DNA of 63,938 bases, filler included, from Chiloscyllium plagiosum (taxonomy: Eukaryota), in NCBI RefSeq assembly GCF_004010195.1. It is 4 parts of one record of this genome, joined end to end, with 100 filler letters (N's around TTAATTAATTAA, not from the genome) between each part and the next. Parts side by side here need not be neighbours in the genome. Positions count along the whole stretch, not along the records: positions 1 to 12,890 come from NC_057713.1; positions 12,991 to 27,033 come from NC_057713.1; 2 more parts are not named here. One strand, 5' to 3'. The stretch's first letter is position 1, and each line of letters opens with the position of its first letter. Shown piece by piece: positions 10,623 to 20,679 of this stretch. The position numbers and the translations under genes were made by a program. The notes beneath the pieces were generated by a model. That model ran no database searches and had not been told where the DNA came from. It worked only from the letters and a program-made list of their open reading frames with translations.

Positions 10623-11885
10623 TAAGGGTACCAACGACTGAGCTGGCACACTCCTCCAGACTGATTCCCCAGGATACATAATGGTGACCAGACTGTCTTT
10701 TCCTTGGGCTATGATCTCTGCCGGTTTGGGGGGACCAGTTGTCTGGCGTACCCATACCTTGGCACCCGTAGTGTCAGTAGACCCAAATCCCCCCGTCCCA
10801 CGCACAGTAACCTTAACGGGAGCTCCCGTCTCTTCCACCATTGTAAGGTTACATGGTTTAATAACTAATTGTGCTATTCTGCCTCCCTTCTGTATCACAT
10901 AAGGTTCAGATGTGATGTTGACCAGGACTACTCCCAATTCCCCTTGGTAGTCCGCGTCAATTACTCCTGCCATTACATCAATCCCCTTTAGTAACAATCC
11001 CGATCGCGGGAGGATATGCCCATAGGTTCCAGGGGGACAAATCAATCCTAATCCGGTCTTAATCACCGTAGGTTTTTGTTGGACCAAAGTCTGTGTAGTT
11101 AACGCTCGTAAGTCCAGTCCAGCCGAAGCCGGTGTGGCCCTTACGGGAATATTAGCTTCCTTAGCAAATTTCCACATTTTAATAGGCTGTGCCTTTGGGG
11201 TATCACACACCCGTATCATCCGATTCAAGGGCGTCACCCCGTTTCCCAATGGGCGGTTATTAATTTGCTTTACTACCCGAATCAATTGTTTCTTCCAACC
11301 TGTTAAATTATTACATCCTCCTGCCTTTCGCAGGGAGGATTTTAGAAGCCCGTTCATTCGTTCAATAAGTCCCGCAGCTTGCGGATGGTAGGGCACGTGA
11401 TAAATCCATTCCACGTGGTTATCATGACACCACTGCTTTACCACCCTTCCTGTGAAATGGGAGCCATTGTCACTCTGGACCTGTATGGGCAATCCATAAA
11501 ATTGTTCGATCAAATCTAAACACCGTAAGGTAGCCTGTTGGTTGTTATGTCGACAGGGATGGGCTACCAAAACCCCAGACATAGTGTCCACAGCTGTACA
11601 TATATGGTTACATCCTTGTGAGGAAGGTAATGGACCCACAAAGTCCATTTGCCAGCTCTGTCCCGGACCATCCCCCCGATGGATATGTCCCATCATGTGT
11701 TGGGGCACTCCCTGCCGCTGATGTTGACACTGCTCACACTGGTTTACTGCAGTCTTAACATCATCTACCATAAGATCTATTCCTCGGTCTCGAGCCCATT
11801 GCAAGGTTCCTTGCACTCCCCAGTGCCCAGCCTTAAGGTGTGCCCATCTAGCTAGGTCCACTGAGGTGCCCCTTTGCACCATCAT
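8907..11885 (-). CDS. pol-env: 992-aa retroviral integrase-dUTPase-Env fusion ORF
   Basis: H16/H21/C50/C53 zinc finger; D81, D139, E175 catalytic triad; dUTPase aa ~235-371; furin site KRRRR aa 581-585; fusion peptide; TM helix aa ~950-977; no internal stop. Confidence 0.9.
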   Translation of the reverse strand: MMVQRGTSVDLARWAHLKAGHWGVQGTLQWARDRGIDLMVDDVKTAVNQCEQCQHQRQGVPQHMMGHIHRGDGPGQSWQMDFVGPLPSSQGCNHICTAVDTMSGVLVAHPCRHNNQQATLRCLDLIEQFYGLPIQVQSDNGSHFTGRVVKQWCHDNHVEWIYHVPYHPQAAGLIERMNGLLKSSLRKAGGCNNLTGWKKQLIRVVKQINNRPLGNGVTPLNRMIRVCDTPKAQPIKMWKFAKEANIPVRATPASAGLDLRALTTQTLVQQKPTVIKTGLGLICPPGTYGHILPRSGLLLKGIDVMAGVIDADYQGELGVVLVNITSEPYVIQKGGRIAQLVIKPCNLTMVEETGAPVKVTVRGTGGFGSTDTTGAKVWVRQTTGPPKPAEIIAQGKDSLVTIMYPGESVWRSVPAQSLVPLSKQNVGWKISSEERQQDDFKCAANQWCTILDLTSDCHMYTCVRCYKGRNVTLITPNCTLMLNATVNMCHWNITARECESSNGTRWNITTGDEDIWISNGTVIQNRTRMLWLILVRPNVSDAHRTQLAPIMSTCQQMAQAVLHTDVHWQVRLPAIPECQHKRRRRAWYDTLLGGAGTVMGISNAIDSEVTRTKLSNTGQATSQGLHTIGRWMPSVMMTQGETAEIMIRSLQWELDVWGATQELFENITAQLNWTACHIQMLHAQIQKERFLRVVTSPNVQAWWGLWNVSEKLWMITHPWCNATMCNGYFVTMNVTHTVTVCRYYVLPVITSSGYYFLKTRGQWFSPDTNIAYDLSACEQTDQGKTCLLVDRYRDPCLTKGTALCEWTVETPRDMMWQIGPHTLCVATNNPHPMLPSAPFSGCLSNVYQWHWQNQTYLLTTYSSARHFTKVQWKVLMNPWNISLDRFKRALDRSEVLKQILRKHQTNVTKVTVSTFIHGQEVVHAARVVDVESAHHWWDILSGMSSTAGTFLFPPLSILVAVLVILTCCNVLTCLYIWRVRRRLLERIHMGIM
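10773..11183 (-). CDS. dut: Trimeric dUTPase domain (in the 992-aa ORF)
   Basis: Motifs I-V: AGLDL, PRSGL, GVIDADYQGEL, RIAQL, RGTGGFGST. Confidence 0.95.
11211..11885 (-). CDS. pol: Integrase zinc-finger and catalytic core (domain of the 992-aa ORF)
   Basis: WAHLKAGH...CEQC; WQMDFVGP; QSDNGSHF; PYHPQAAGLIERMNG (D-35-E spacing exact). Confidence 0.95.
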
Positions 11886-11888
11886 GGT

Positions 11889-12890
11889 TCAGACGATACC
11901 ATCCACATATCGGTTATGTAGAGCTTCCACATCATTTCGAGATGTATGGGCATCTACGTGGGTGATGTATATGACCAGGTATTGAGCTTTCTCCCATATA
12001 TCTTCCCATAACTGTTTACCCCATACTTCCCTATTCTGGATCATCCACTGATTGGCCTGCCAAGTTGCCATCCATTGTGTCATGCCGTTAACCACTGACC
12101 ACGAGTCAGAGAACAAACAAACTCCCATGACCCCTGCTTGCATGACTACCATATGCACTGCTTTTAATTCTGCCCACTGACTACTTTTTCCCTCCCCTAA
12201 TTCTTCTAGGGTAGTGCCTTGTTTTGGGTTAAAGGCGGCAGCTTTCCATCTACGCTGTCCCGCTTTCCATTGGGCTGACCCATCTACGAACCAAGCCGTG
12301 GCTTGTTCATCCGGGGTCAGTTCATCATACCGTTTTCCCATCTTAACGGGTGATTCCTTGTATTCAATCACCTCAAACCGCTTTTCCCCTTCCTCAGGGG
12401 CCTCCGCCACTTGCTCATGCAGGACTGACACTCCCTTTTGTCCAGTCCGCACTCTTTCTGACACGTACCATTTCCATTTGATAATGCTGCTCTCTTGGGC
12501 GGTTCCTATCCTGTGGGTAGTGGGGTCACTGAGTACCCACGGGAGGATAGGAATAGCTGTTCTCATGATCACTTCATGTCCAATAGTTAGAGCTTCAGTT
12601 TCCACCAAGCTCCAGTAACATGATAACAATTGTTTCTCAAAGGGGGTGTATCGTTCCCCTGCCGGGGGCAATTTCCGGGACCAAAATCCCAATTCCGCAG
12701 GAGGCTGAGCCCGCGGTAATTCATGCATAATTGCCTCCCCCTGTTCATTCCGTATGGGATTCCCTTCCCCATCTAACATTACTTCCCGCTGCACCGGGAG
12801 GCGTCTCTGGACTTGTTTTCTCCTAACTACTGGTTTAGCCTGGAGTACGGGTGGGTCATCTTCATACTGATCATCTGAATCTCCCCAAAT
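11889..12890 (-). CDS. pol: Gag-like fragment fused in frame to RT connection (tether) and RNase H; open from the gap to TGA at 11889-11891
   Basis: The frame is open from 12890: IWGDSDDQYEDDPPVLQAKPVVRRK...PPAE|LGFWSRKLPPAGERYTPFEKQLL. RNase H motifs WFVDGS, WAELKA, FSDS, HVDAH and NRYVD are all present. Confidence 0.85.
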   Translation of the reverse strand: MWGDSDDQYEDDPPVLQAKPVVRRKQVQRRLPVQREVMLDGEGNPIRNEQGEAIMHELPRAQPPAELGFWSRKLPPAGERYTPFEKQLLSCYWSLVETEALTIGHEVIMRTAIPILPWVLSDPTTHRIGTAQESSIIKWKWYVSERVRTGQKGVSVLHEQVAEAPEEGEKRFEVIEYKESPVKMGKRYDELTPDEQATAWFVDGSAQWKAGQRRWKAAAFNPKQGTTLEELGEGKSSQWAELKAVHMVVMQAGVMGVCLFSDSWSVVNGMTQWMATWQANQWMIQNREVWGKQLWEDIWEKAQYLVIYITHVDAHTSRNDVEALHNRYVDGIV

Positions 12891-12990
12891 NNNNNNNNNN
12901 NNNNNNNNNNNNNNNNNNNNNNNNNNNNNNNNNNTTAATTAATTAANNNNNNNNNNNNNNNNNNNNNNNNNNNNNNNNNNNNNNNNNNNN
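12891..12990. other. Scaffold gap with artificial spacer
   Basis: 44 N + TTAATTAATTAA + 44 N, identical at 27034-27133 and 55556-55655. Confidence 0.97.
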
Positions 12991-15900
12991 ATGGGGAGGT
13001 GTGTCTCAGACTGGAGACTGTCACGGGGAGGTGAGTCCCAGACTAGAGACTGTCATGGGGAGGTGAGTCTCAGACTGGAGACTGCCACGGGGAGGTTAGT
13101 CCCAGACTCGAGACTGTCACGAGGAGGTTAGTCCCAGACTGGAGGCTGTCATGGGGAGGTGAGTCTCAGACTGGAGACTGTAATGGGGAGGTGAGTCCCA
13201 GACTGGCGACTGTCATGGGGAGGTGAGACCCAGACTCGAGACTGTCATGGGGAGGTGTGTCCCAGACTAGGGACCGTCATGGGGAGGTGAATCCCAGACT
13301 AGGGACTGTCATGGGGAGGTGAATCCCAGACTGTAGACTGTTATGGGGAGGTGATCCCAGACTGGAGACTGTAATGGGGAGGTGTGTCCCAGACTGGAGG
13401 CTGTCATGGGGAGGTTAGTCCCAGCTGGAGACTGTCACGGGGAGTTAGTCCCAGACTGGAGGCTGTCACGGGGAGGTGAGTCTCAGACTGGAGACTGTCA
13501 CGGGGAGGTTAGTCCCAGACTGGAGGCTGTCACGGGGAGGTGAGTCTCAGACTGGAGATTGTCATGGGGAGGTTAGTCCCAGACTGGAGACTGTCATGCG
13601 GAGTTGAGTCCCAGACTGGAGACTGTCACAGGGAGGTTAGTCCCAGACTGGAGGCTGTCACGGGGAGGTTAGTCCCAGCTGGAGACTGTCACGTGGAGGT
13701 TAGTCCCAGACTGGAGACTGTCACGGGGAGGTGAGTCCCAGACTGGCGACTGTAATGGGGAGGTGAATCCCAGACTGGCGACTGTCATGGGGAGGTGAGT
13801 CTCAGACTGGAGACTGCCATGGGGAGGTTAGTCCCAGCTGGAGACTGTCACGGGGAGGTTAGTCCCAGACTGGAGGCTGTCATGGGGAGGTGAGTCCCAG
13901 ACTAGGGACTGTCATGGGGAGGTGTGTCCCAGACTAGGGACTGTCATGGGGAGGTGAGACCCAGACTAGGGACTGTCATGGGGAGATGAATCCCAGACTG
14001 GAGTCTGTCATGGGGAGGTGAGACCCAGACTCGAGACTGTCATGGGGAGGTGTGTCCCAGACTAGGGACTGTCATGGGGAGGTGAATCCCAGACGAGGGA
14101 CTGTCATGGGGAGGTTAATCCCAGACTGGAGACTGTCATGGGGAGGTGGGTCCCAGACTGGAGACTGTCATGGGGAGGTGAGTCCCAGACTGGAGACTGT
14201 CATGGGGAGGTTAGTCCCAGACTGGAGACTGTCATGGGGAGGTGATCCCAGACTGGAGACTGTCATGGGGAGGTGATCCTGGACTGGAGACTGTCATGGG
14301 GAGGTGATCCCAGACTGGAGACTGTCACGGGGAGGTGAGTCCCAGACTGGAGACTGTCATGGGGAGGTGAGTCCCAGACTGGAGACTGTCATGGGGAGGT
14401 GATCCCAGACTGGAGACTGTCATGGGGAGGTGATCCTGGACTGGTGACTGTCATGGGGAGGTGTTCCCAGACTGGAGACTGTCACGGGGAGGTGAGTCCC
14501 AGACTGGAGACTGTCATGGGGAGGTTAGTCCCAGACTGGATACTGTCATGGGGAGGTGAGACCCAGACTGGCGACTGTTATGGGGAGGTGAGACCCAGAC
14601 TCGAGACTGTCATGGGGAGGTGTGTCCCAGACTCGGGACTGTCATGGGGAGGCGAATCCCAGACTGGAGACTGTCATGGGGAGGTGAGACTCAGACTAGA
14701 GACTGTCATGGGGAGATGATCCCAGATTGGAGATGGTCATGGGGAGGTGAGTCTCAGACTGGAGACTGTCATGGGGAGGTGATCCCAGACTGGAGACTGT
14801 CATGGGGAGATGCTACCAGAATGGAGATTGTCATGTGGAGGTGAGTCCCAGACTGGAGGCTGTCATGGGGAGGTCATCCCAGACTGGAGACTGTCATGGG
14901 GAGGTCATCCCAGACTGGAGACTGTCACGGGGAGGTGAGTCTCAGACTGGAGACTGTCATGGGGAGATGATCCCAGATTGGAGATGGTCATGGGGAGGTG
15001 AGTCTCAGACTGGAGACTGTCATGGGGAGGTGATCCCAGACTGGAGACTGTCAAAGGGAGGTGAGTCTCAAACTGGAGACTATCATGGAGAGGTGAGTCC
15101 CAAACTGGAGACTGTCACGGGGAGTTGAGTCCCAGACTGGAGACTGTCATGGGAAGGCCAGACTCAGACTGGAGATTGTCATGGGGAGGTGATTCGAGAC
15201 TGGAGACTGTCATGGGGAAGAGTGTCCCAGACGAGAGGCTGTGACGGGGAGGAGTGTCCCAGATTGGAGACTGCCATGTGGAGGTAATCCCAGATTGGAG
15301 ATGGTCATGGGGAGGTGAGTCCCAGACTGGAGACTGTCATGGGGAGGTGATCCCAGACAGGAGACTTTCATGGGGACGTGAGTCCCAGACTGGAGACTGT
15401 AATGGGGAGGTGAGTCCCAGACTGGAGACTGTAATGGGGAGGTGAGTCTCAGACTGGAGACTGTAATGGGGAGGTGAGTCTCAGACTGGAGACTGTAATG
15501 GGGAGGTGAGTCCCAGACTGGAGACTGCCATGGGGAGGTGAGACTCAGACTGGAGACTGTCACGGGGTGGTTAGTCCCAGACTGGAGACTGTCATGGGGA
15601 GGTGATCCTGGACTGGAGACTGTCACGGGAAGGTTAGTCCCAGACTGGAGGCTGTCATGGGGAGGTGAGACTCAGACTGGAGACTGTCACGGGGAGGTTA
15701 GTCCCAGACTGGAGACTGTCATGGGGAGGTGATCCTGGACTGGAGACTGTCACGGGAAGGTTAGTCCCAGACTGGAGACTGTCATGGGGAGGTGAGTCCC
15801 AGACTGGAGACTGTCATGGGGAGGTGAGTCCCAGACTAGGGACTGTCATGGGGAGGTGAGTCCCAGACTGGCGACTGTCATGGGGAGGTGAATCCCAGAC

Positions 15901-16420
15901 TGGAGTCTGTCATGGGGAGGTGAGACCCAGACTCGAGACTGTCATGGGGAGGTGATCCCAGATTGGAGATGGTCATGGGGAGGTGAGTCTCAGACTGGAG
16001 ACTGCCATGGGGAGGTGAGTCCCAGACTGGAGGCTGTCATGGGGAGGTGAGTCCCAGACTAGGGACTGTCATGGGGAGGTGATCCTGGACTGGAGACTGT
16101 CATGGGGAGGTGAGTCCCAGACTGGAGACTGTCATGGGGAGGTGAGTCCCAGACTGGAGACTGTCATGGGGAGGTGATTCCCAGACTGGAGACTGCCATG
16201 GGGAGGTGAGTCCCAGACTGGAGACTGTCATGGGGAGGTGATCCTGGACTGGAGACTGTCATGGGGAGCTGAGTCCCAGACTGGAGACTGTCGTGGGGAT
16301 GTGGGACCCAGACTGGAGACTGTCATGGGGAGGTGAGTCCCAGACTGGAGACTGTCATGGGGATGTGAGACCCAGACTGGAGACTGTCATGGGGACGTGA
16401 GTCTCAGACTGGAGACTGTC
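12991..16420 (+). repeat. G-rich minisatellite/satellite, ~32-bp unit ATGGGGAGGTGAGTCCCAGACTGGAGACTGTC with 30-31-bp variants, roughly 105-110 copies
   Basis: Continuous head-to-tail array from the gap edge to 16420. Confidence 0.97.
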
Positions 16421-17140
16421 CTTTGAGCAAGAAGTGTTTTTCTCACCTCAGCCCCAAATGGTCTACCCCTTATCCTGAGACTCTGTCTCTTATTTCTAGA
16501 TATCCCAACCAGGGAAACATCTCAATCAGATCCACACTCACCCTATTAAACTCTGGTGAATACAGACCCAGTCAAATCTCCTCAGAGGACACTCCTGCCA
16601 TCCCCCCAGGATCAGCCTAGTGAAGCTCCACTGCACTCCCTCTACGGCAAGAATACCCTTTTTTCGGTGGGGAGACCAAAAATGCAAGCAATACTTCAGA
16701 TGTGGTATCACAAAGGTCCTATCGAACTACAATAAGGCATCCCTACATCTGAACTCAACTCCTCTTGCAATGAAGGCCAATATACCTTTTGCCTTCCTAC
16801 TTGCTTGCTGAACTTGCCTGTCTACTTTCATTACCAGGTGTACAAGGACACCGAGATCCCTTTGTAAATCTACATGTCCCCCATGAAATTTCCAGTCTGG
16901 GACTCTCTCACCATTTAAATAACCCTCTTCCTTCATCTTTCACTCTGCATTGTATGACTTCATATTGAAGTACATTGTACTGCATCTGCCATGTGTTTGC
17001 CCAATCACTCAACTTGTCTAAATTACCTTGAACCTTCCTTGCATTCTGCTCACAACTCACAATCCTGCCCAGTTTTGTGCTGCCTGCAATCTTGGAAACA
17101 TTGTATTTGCTTCCGGGTCATTTATATATATTGTGAATAA
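16421..17140 (-). mobile_element. Decayed CR1 LINE ORF2 3' fragment
   Basis: QRDLGVLVH...QVQQASRKAKGILAFIARGVEFR. Confidence 0.8.
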
Positions 17141-18119
17141 GACAACAACATTGTAAGTATGCTGACTTTTAACCAGAGGTCGCCTGCTTCCGACCAGATG
17201 AATGGACAGACAATATTTGAAAAACCAATGGGGATGTTTCCTCAGCTACCTTAATTCTCTTACTGAACTAAAATAGATCACTAGTCTTGAAAATTTCAAT
17301 TGACCCACATTCAGCAAGTTTTAGGAAACATGGTTACTGTTGTTCCATTGGTGTGCAAAAAGGTTCTTCCTGAATTCATTCCGAGAGAGCCCATATCTCT
17401 AATTTTAATGTCATGCCTACTTGATTTTTACCAGATAAAATAGTTTAGTTATAACTACCCTACTGAATTCCTTCATCATGCTAAAAGCCTCGATTAGATC
17501 ATTCATCAACCTTCTACATGCAAGGGAATACAGGCCAGGTCTATTTAGCCTCAACATTTAACTTGTTTAACTCCAGGCAACATTCTGGTGAATTCTGCCG
17601 GTACTGAGGCGGTTCAGAAGAAGTGTGATTTTTGACTTGAAACATTAACTCTGTTTGTGTATACACAGGTTCAGCCAAACCCGCTGAGTTTCTCCAGCAC
17701 TCTCTGTGTTTATTATGATGACAGTCATGAGAGGACAAAGATAGTCCCTGAGAAATACATCAATGTGCATAAACAACATTTCAGTTACCTTGTCTTCCAT
17801 AAAGACAGAGCCTCACAACATCTCCCATGTCGTCGTTGTGTCATAAAGTCATAGAGTCAAAGAGCAAGGAAAGAGACCCTTCAGTCCAACCAATCCATGC
17901 AGACCATAATCCCAAACTAAACTAGTCCCATCTGCCTGCACTTGGCCCATATCCCTCCAAACCTTACCTGTTCATGTACTTATCCAAATGTCCTTTAAAC
18001 ATTGTAACTGTACCCGCATCCACCACTTTCTCTGGTAGTTCATTCTACACATGAACCACTCTCTGCAGGATTTGAGTATGCGAGCAAGAATGTCTTACTG
18101 TAATCGTAGAGGACCTTGT

Positions 18120-19260
18120 GATTTTGATTTAATTTGATTTTAATTTTATTATTGTCACATGTACCGCGGTACAGTGAAAAGCATTGTTTGGTATGCTATT
18201 CAGACAAATCACACCATATATAAGTACATCAGAGTAATAGAACAGAATGCAGAATATAGTGTTACAGAGAAAGTGCAGAAAAAGATCAGCTTTAATATAT
18301 GAGAGGTCAGTTCAAAAGTCTGATAACAGCAGGGAAAAAGGTATTCTTGAATGTGTCGGTATGTGTTTTCAAACTTCACCTGATGGAGAAGGGTGGAGGA
18401 GAGCATAACCGGAACAGCAGAGGTCCTTGATTACGTTCGGTGTGGGAAACGTAGATCGAGTCAATAGAAGGAAAGTTGGTTTTGTAATGGTCTGGGCTGT
18501 GTTCACAGCTTTTTGTAATTTCTTGCGGTCTGGGGCAGAGCGGTGGTGCTCTGTGGTGCCAAGCTATGATGCATCCAGACAAGGTGTTTTTGATGGTGTA
18601 CCTATAAAATTGTGTAAGAATCATTGTAGACAAGCTGAATTTCATTAGCCTTCTGAGGAAATAGAAGCATTCGTGTACTTTCTTAACTGTAGAATTGACG
18701 TGAATGGACCAGGACCAGGTTGTTGGTGATCTTTACTCCTCGGAGCTTGAAGTTCTTGACCACAGACAGCAGCGTGTCCTCCACTTTGCTTCCTGAAGTC
18801 AATGATCACCTCCTTTGTTTGCTTACATTAGGGAAGAGATTGTTGTCTTTACACCATGCTACCAAGCTCTCTATCTCTTTCTTGTACTCTGTCTGATCTT
18901 AAGATCCGATCCACACATTGGTGTTATCAGCAAAATTGTAAATGGAGTTAGAACGGTTTTGGCCATACAATTGTGAGTGTATAAGGAGTATAATAAAGGG
19001 CTGAGTACACATTATGGGGCACCTGTGTTGAGGATTATCGTGGAGGAAGTGTTGTTGCCTATCCTTCGTGATTGTGGTCTGTGGGTCAGGAAGTTGAGGA
19101 ACCAGTCGCAGAATAGGGGAGCAAAGTCCTAGGTTTCAGAATTCGGAGATGAGTTTTATTTGAATTATGATGTTGAAGGTGGAACTAAAGTCAATAAAAA
19201 GAAGTCTGATAAAAGTGGCCTTGTAATCCAGATTTTCCAGGGACGAGTGAAGGCCAGAGA
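18120..19260 (-). mobile_element. Rex1/Babar-type LINE 3' fragment inserted into CR1 sequence
   Basis: LTQFYRYTIKNTLSGCIIAW matches the Rex/Babar ORF2 C-terminal motif; (AAATC)n-like tail at ~18120-18150. A similar piece lies at 34870-35230. Confidence 0.6.
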
Positions 19261-19269
19261 GATGGATTA

Positions 19270-19830
19270 CACTTGGAATATTATGTGCAGTTTTGGTCTC
19301 CTTACCTGAGGAAAGATCTTTAGACTACGGAGGGAGTGCAACAAAGATTTACCAGATTGATTCCTGGGATGGCAGGACTGAGGTATAAAGAGAGACTGGC
19401 TCATTTAGGGCTACATTGTCTGGAGTTTCAGAAGAATAAGGGGGATTATCATAGATACCAATGAAATTCTAACAGGACCAGGTAGGGTAAAGGCAGGAAG
19501 GATGTTCCTGATGCCCTGGGAGTCCAGGACCAGGGGTCACAGTTTAAGGAAACAGGTTAGACCATTTAGGACTGAGATGAAAGAAATTTCCTCACTCAGA
19601 CAATGGTGAGCCTGCGGAATTCTCTGCCATAGAAAGTGGTTGAGGCCAAAGCATTGACTGTTTTCAACAAGGAGTTAGATAGAGTTCTTCAGGCTAAAGG
19701 GATCAAATGAAATGAGGAGAAAGCAGGAACAGGGTACTGAGTTGGATGATCTGCCATGATCATACTGAATGGTGGAGCAGACTCAAAGGTCTGAATGACT
19801 TAATCCTGCTCCAAGTTCCTATGTTTCTAT
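19270..19830 (+). mobile_element. CR1 LINE 3' fragment
   Basis: CR1 ORF2 C-terminal and 3'UTR sequence ending in a tcctatgtttctatgt-type tail. Confidence 0.75.
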
Positions 19831-20679
19831 GTAAACTTTACTAGAGTCTTAATTGAATGTATAGATCTGATACGCTGCAAGACCTCTTATGAAAAGCCCA
19901 TAAGACTGAAGAACCAGCATTTGAGAGATTAATAGCAGTTAAACCCCAGATGCACAAAAACAAACAATAGCAGCTGAACACTGACCTAGCAGCAGCTCAT
20001 CTGAAGTGCCCATCAAGTGAAGAAGAGGCTGAGGAACAGAAAAATCCACTCAGTAAGCGGGCAGACAGGGCAATTAAGCAACAATTAATGGACCGTACTT
20101 TCAGTAAAAGTGAAATTGGAATCCCTTCATGTCATTCCTGCATTAACAGCCCTTTAGTAACAATTTATTATCACTGTCGGAATTGCAGGAAAGCACTCAC
20201 CTCACATACAGTCCATCGTTTCCACAGATGTTCCTTGTCTTAATGTAACCCTTCGAACAGCTACTAGGGCTTCTTAAGTTTTCACAGAATGTTAAACAAA
20301 ACAATTCCACCCTGGTTTAACCCCATCATATTTTTCTTTAGTGTTTTCTTACTATTTCTAGTGCTTCCACAGCTTTCTTCTCCAATGGCTTCATCAAGGT
20401 TACTGGAAATCTGCTGATGAGGGCCTTTGAATTGTTTGTGACCTCTAATAGCTTGGAGCTCTAAGAAGGCATCTCCAAAATGTTGGCTAGTAATGAGGAG
20501 TCTGCTGCTGTTTTTCTAGGTGGACATGGAAATGTGGTTGGTATGGGAGTAGATGTGTTGTCACCCTGAGGCAGGTCAATGTATAACTTTCCCTTTGAAC
20601 CCAACCATTCCCACAGGCCTACACAGCCTTATTTTTATTCTGTCATGAAATACAGACATTAAGACATTATACGTTCAGC

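Larger units (their letters stand above)
8265..12890 (-). mobile_element. Endogenous retrovirus, class III (ERV-L/ERV-S-like), internally deleted, 5' part lost in the assembly gap
   Basis: Contains a Gag-like fragment, RT connection/tether, RNase H, HHCC/DD35E integrase, dUTPase, Env, a PPT-like motif and an LTR. The LGFWSRKL/YTPFEKQLL/IIKWKWY motifs and a dUTPase downstream of the IN core are characteristic of ERV-L-like elements. Confidence 0.92.

Noticed and set aside
10681..12618. Plus-strand ORFs antisense to pol (10681-10902, 11134-11391, 11649-11855, 12214-12618) as possible accessory genes
   Set aside because: Short, no recognisable motifs, and expected as shadows of a long coding frame.
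12935..12946. TTAATTAATTAA motif recurring three times (also 27078-27089, 55600-55611)
   Set aside because: Always centred in 44+44 N and gives stops in all six frames, so it is an assembly spacer.
12991..16420. Regular ~32-bp partly palindromic repeats resembling a CRISPR array; several ORFs called across it
   Set aside because: Units are head-to-tail with no unique spacers, there are no cas genes and the context is vertebrate. The ORFs are translations of the repeat.
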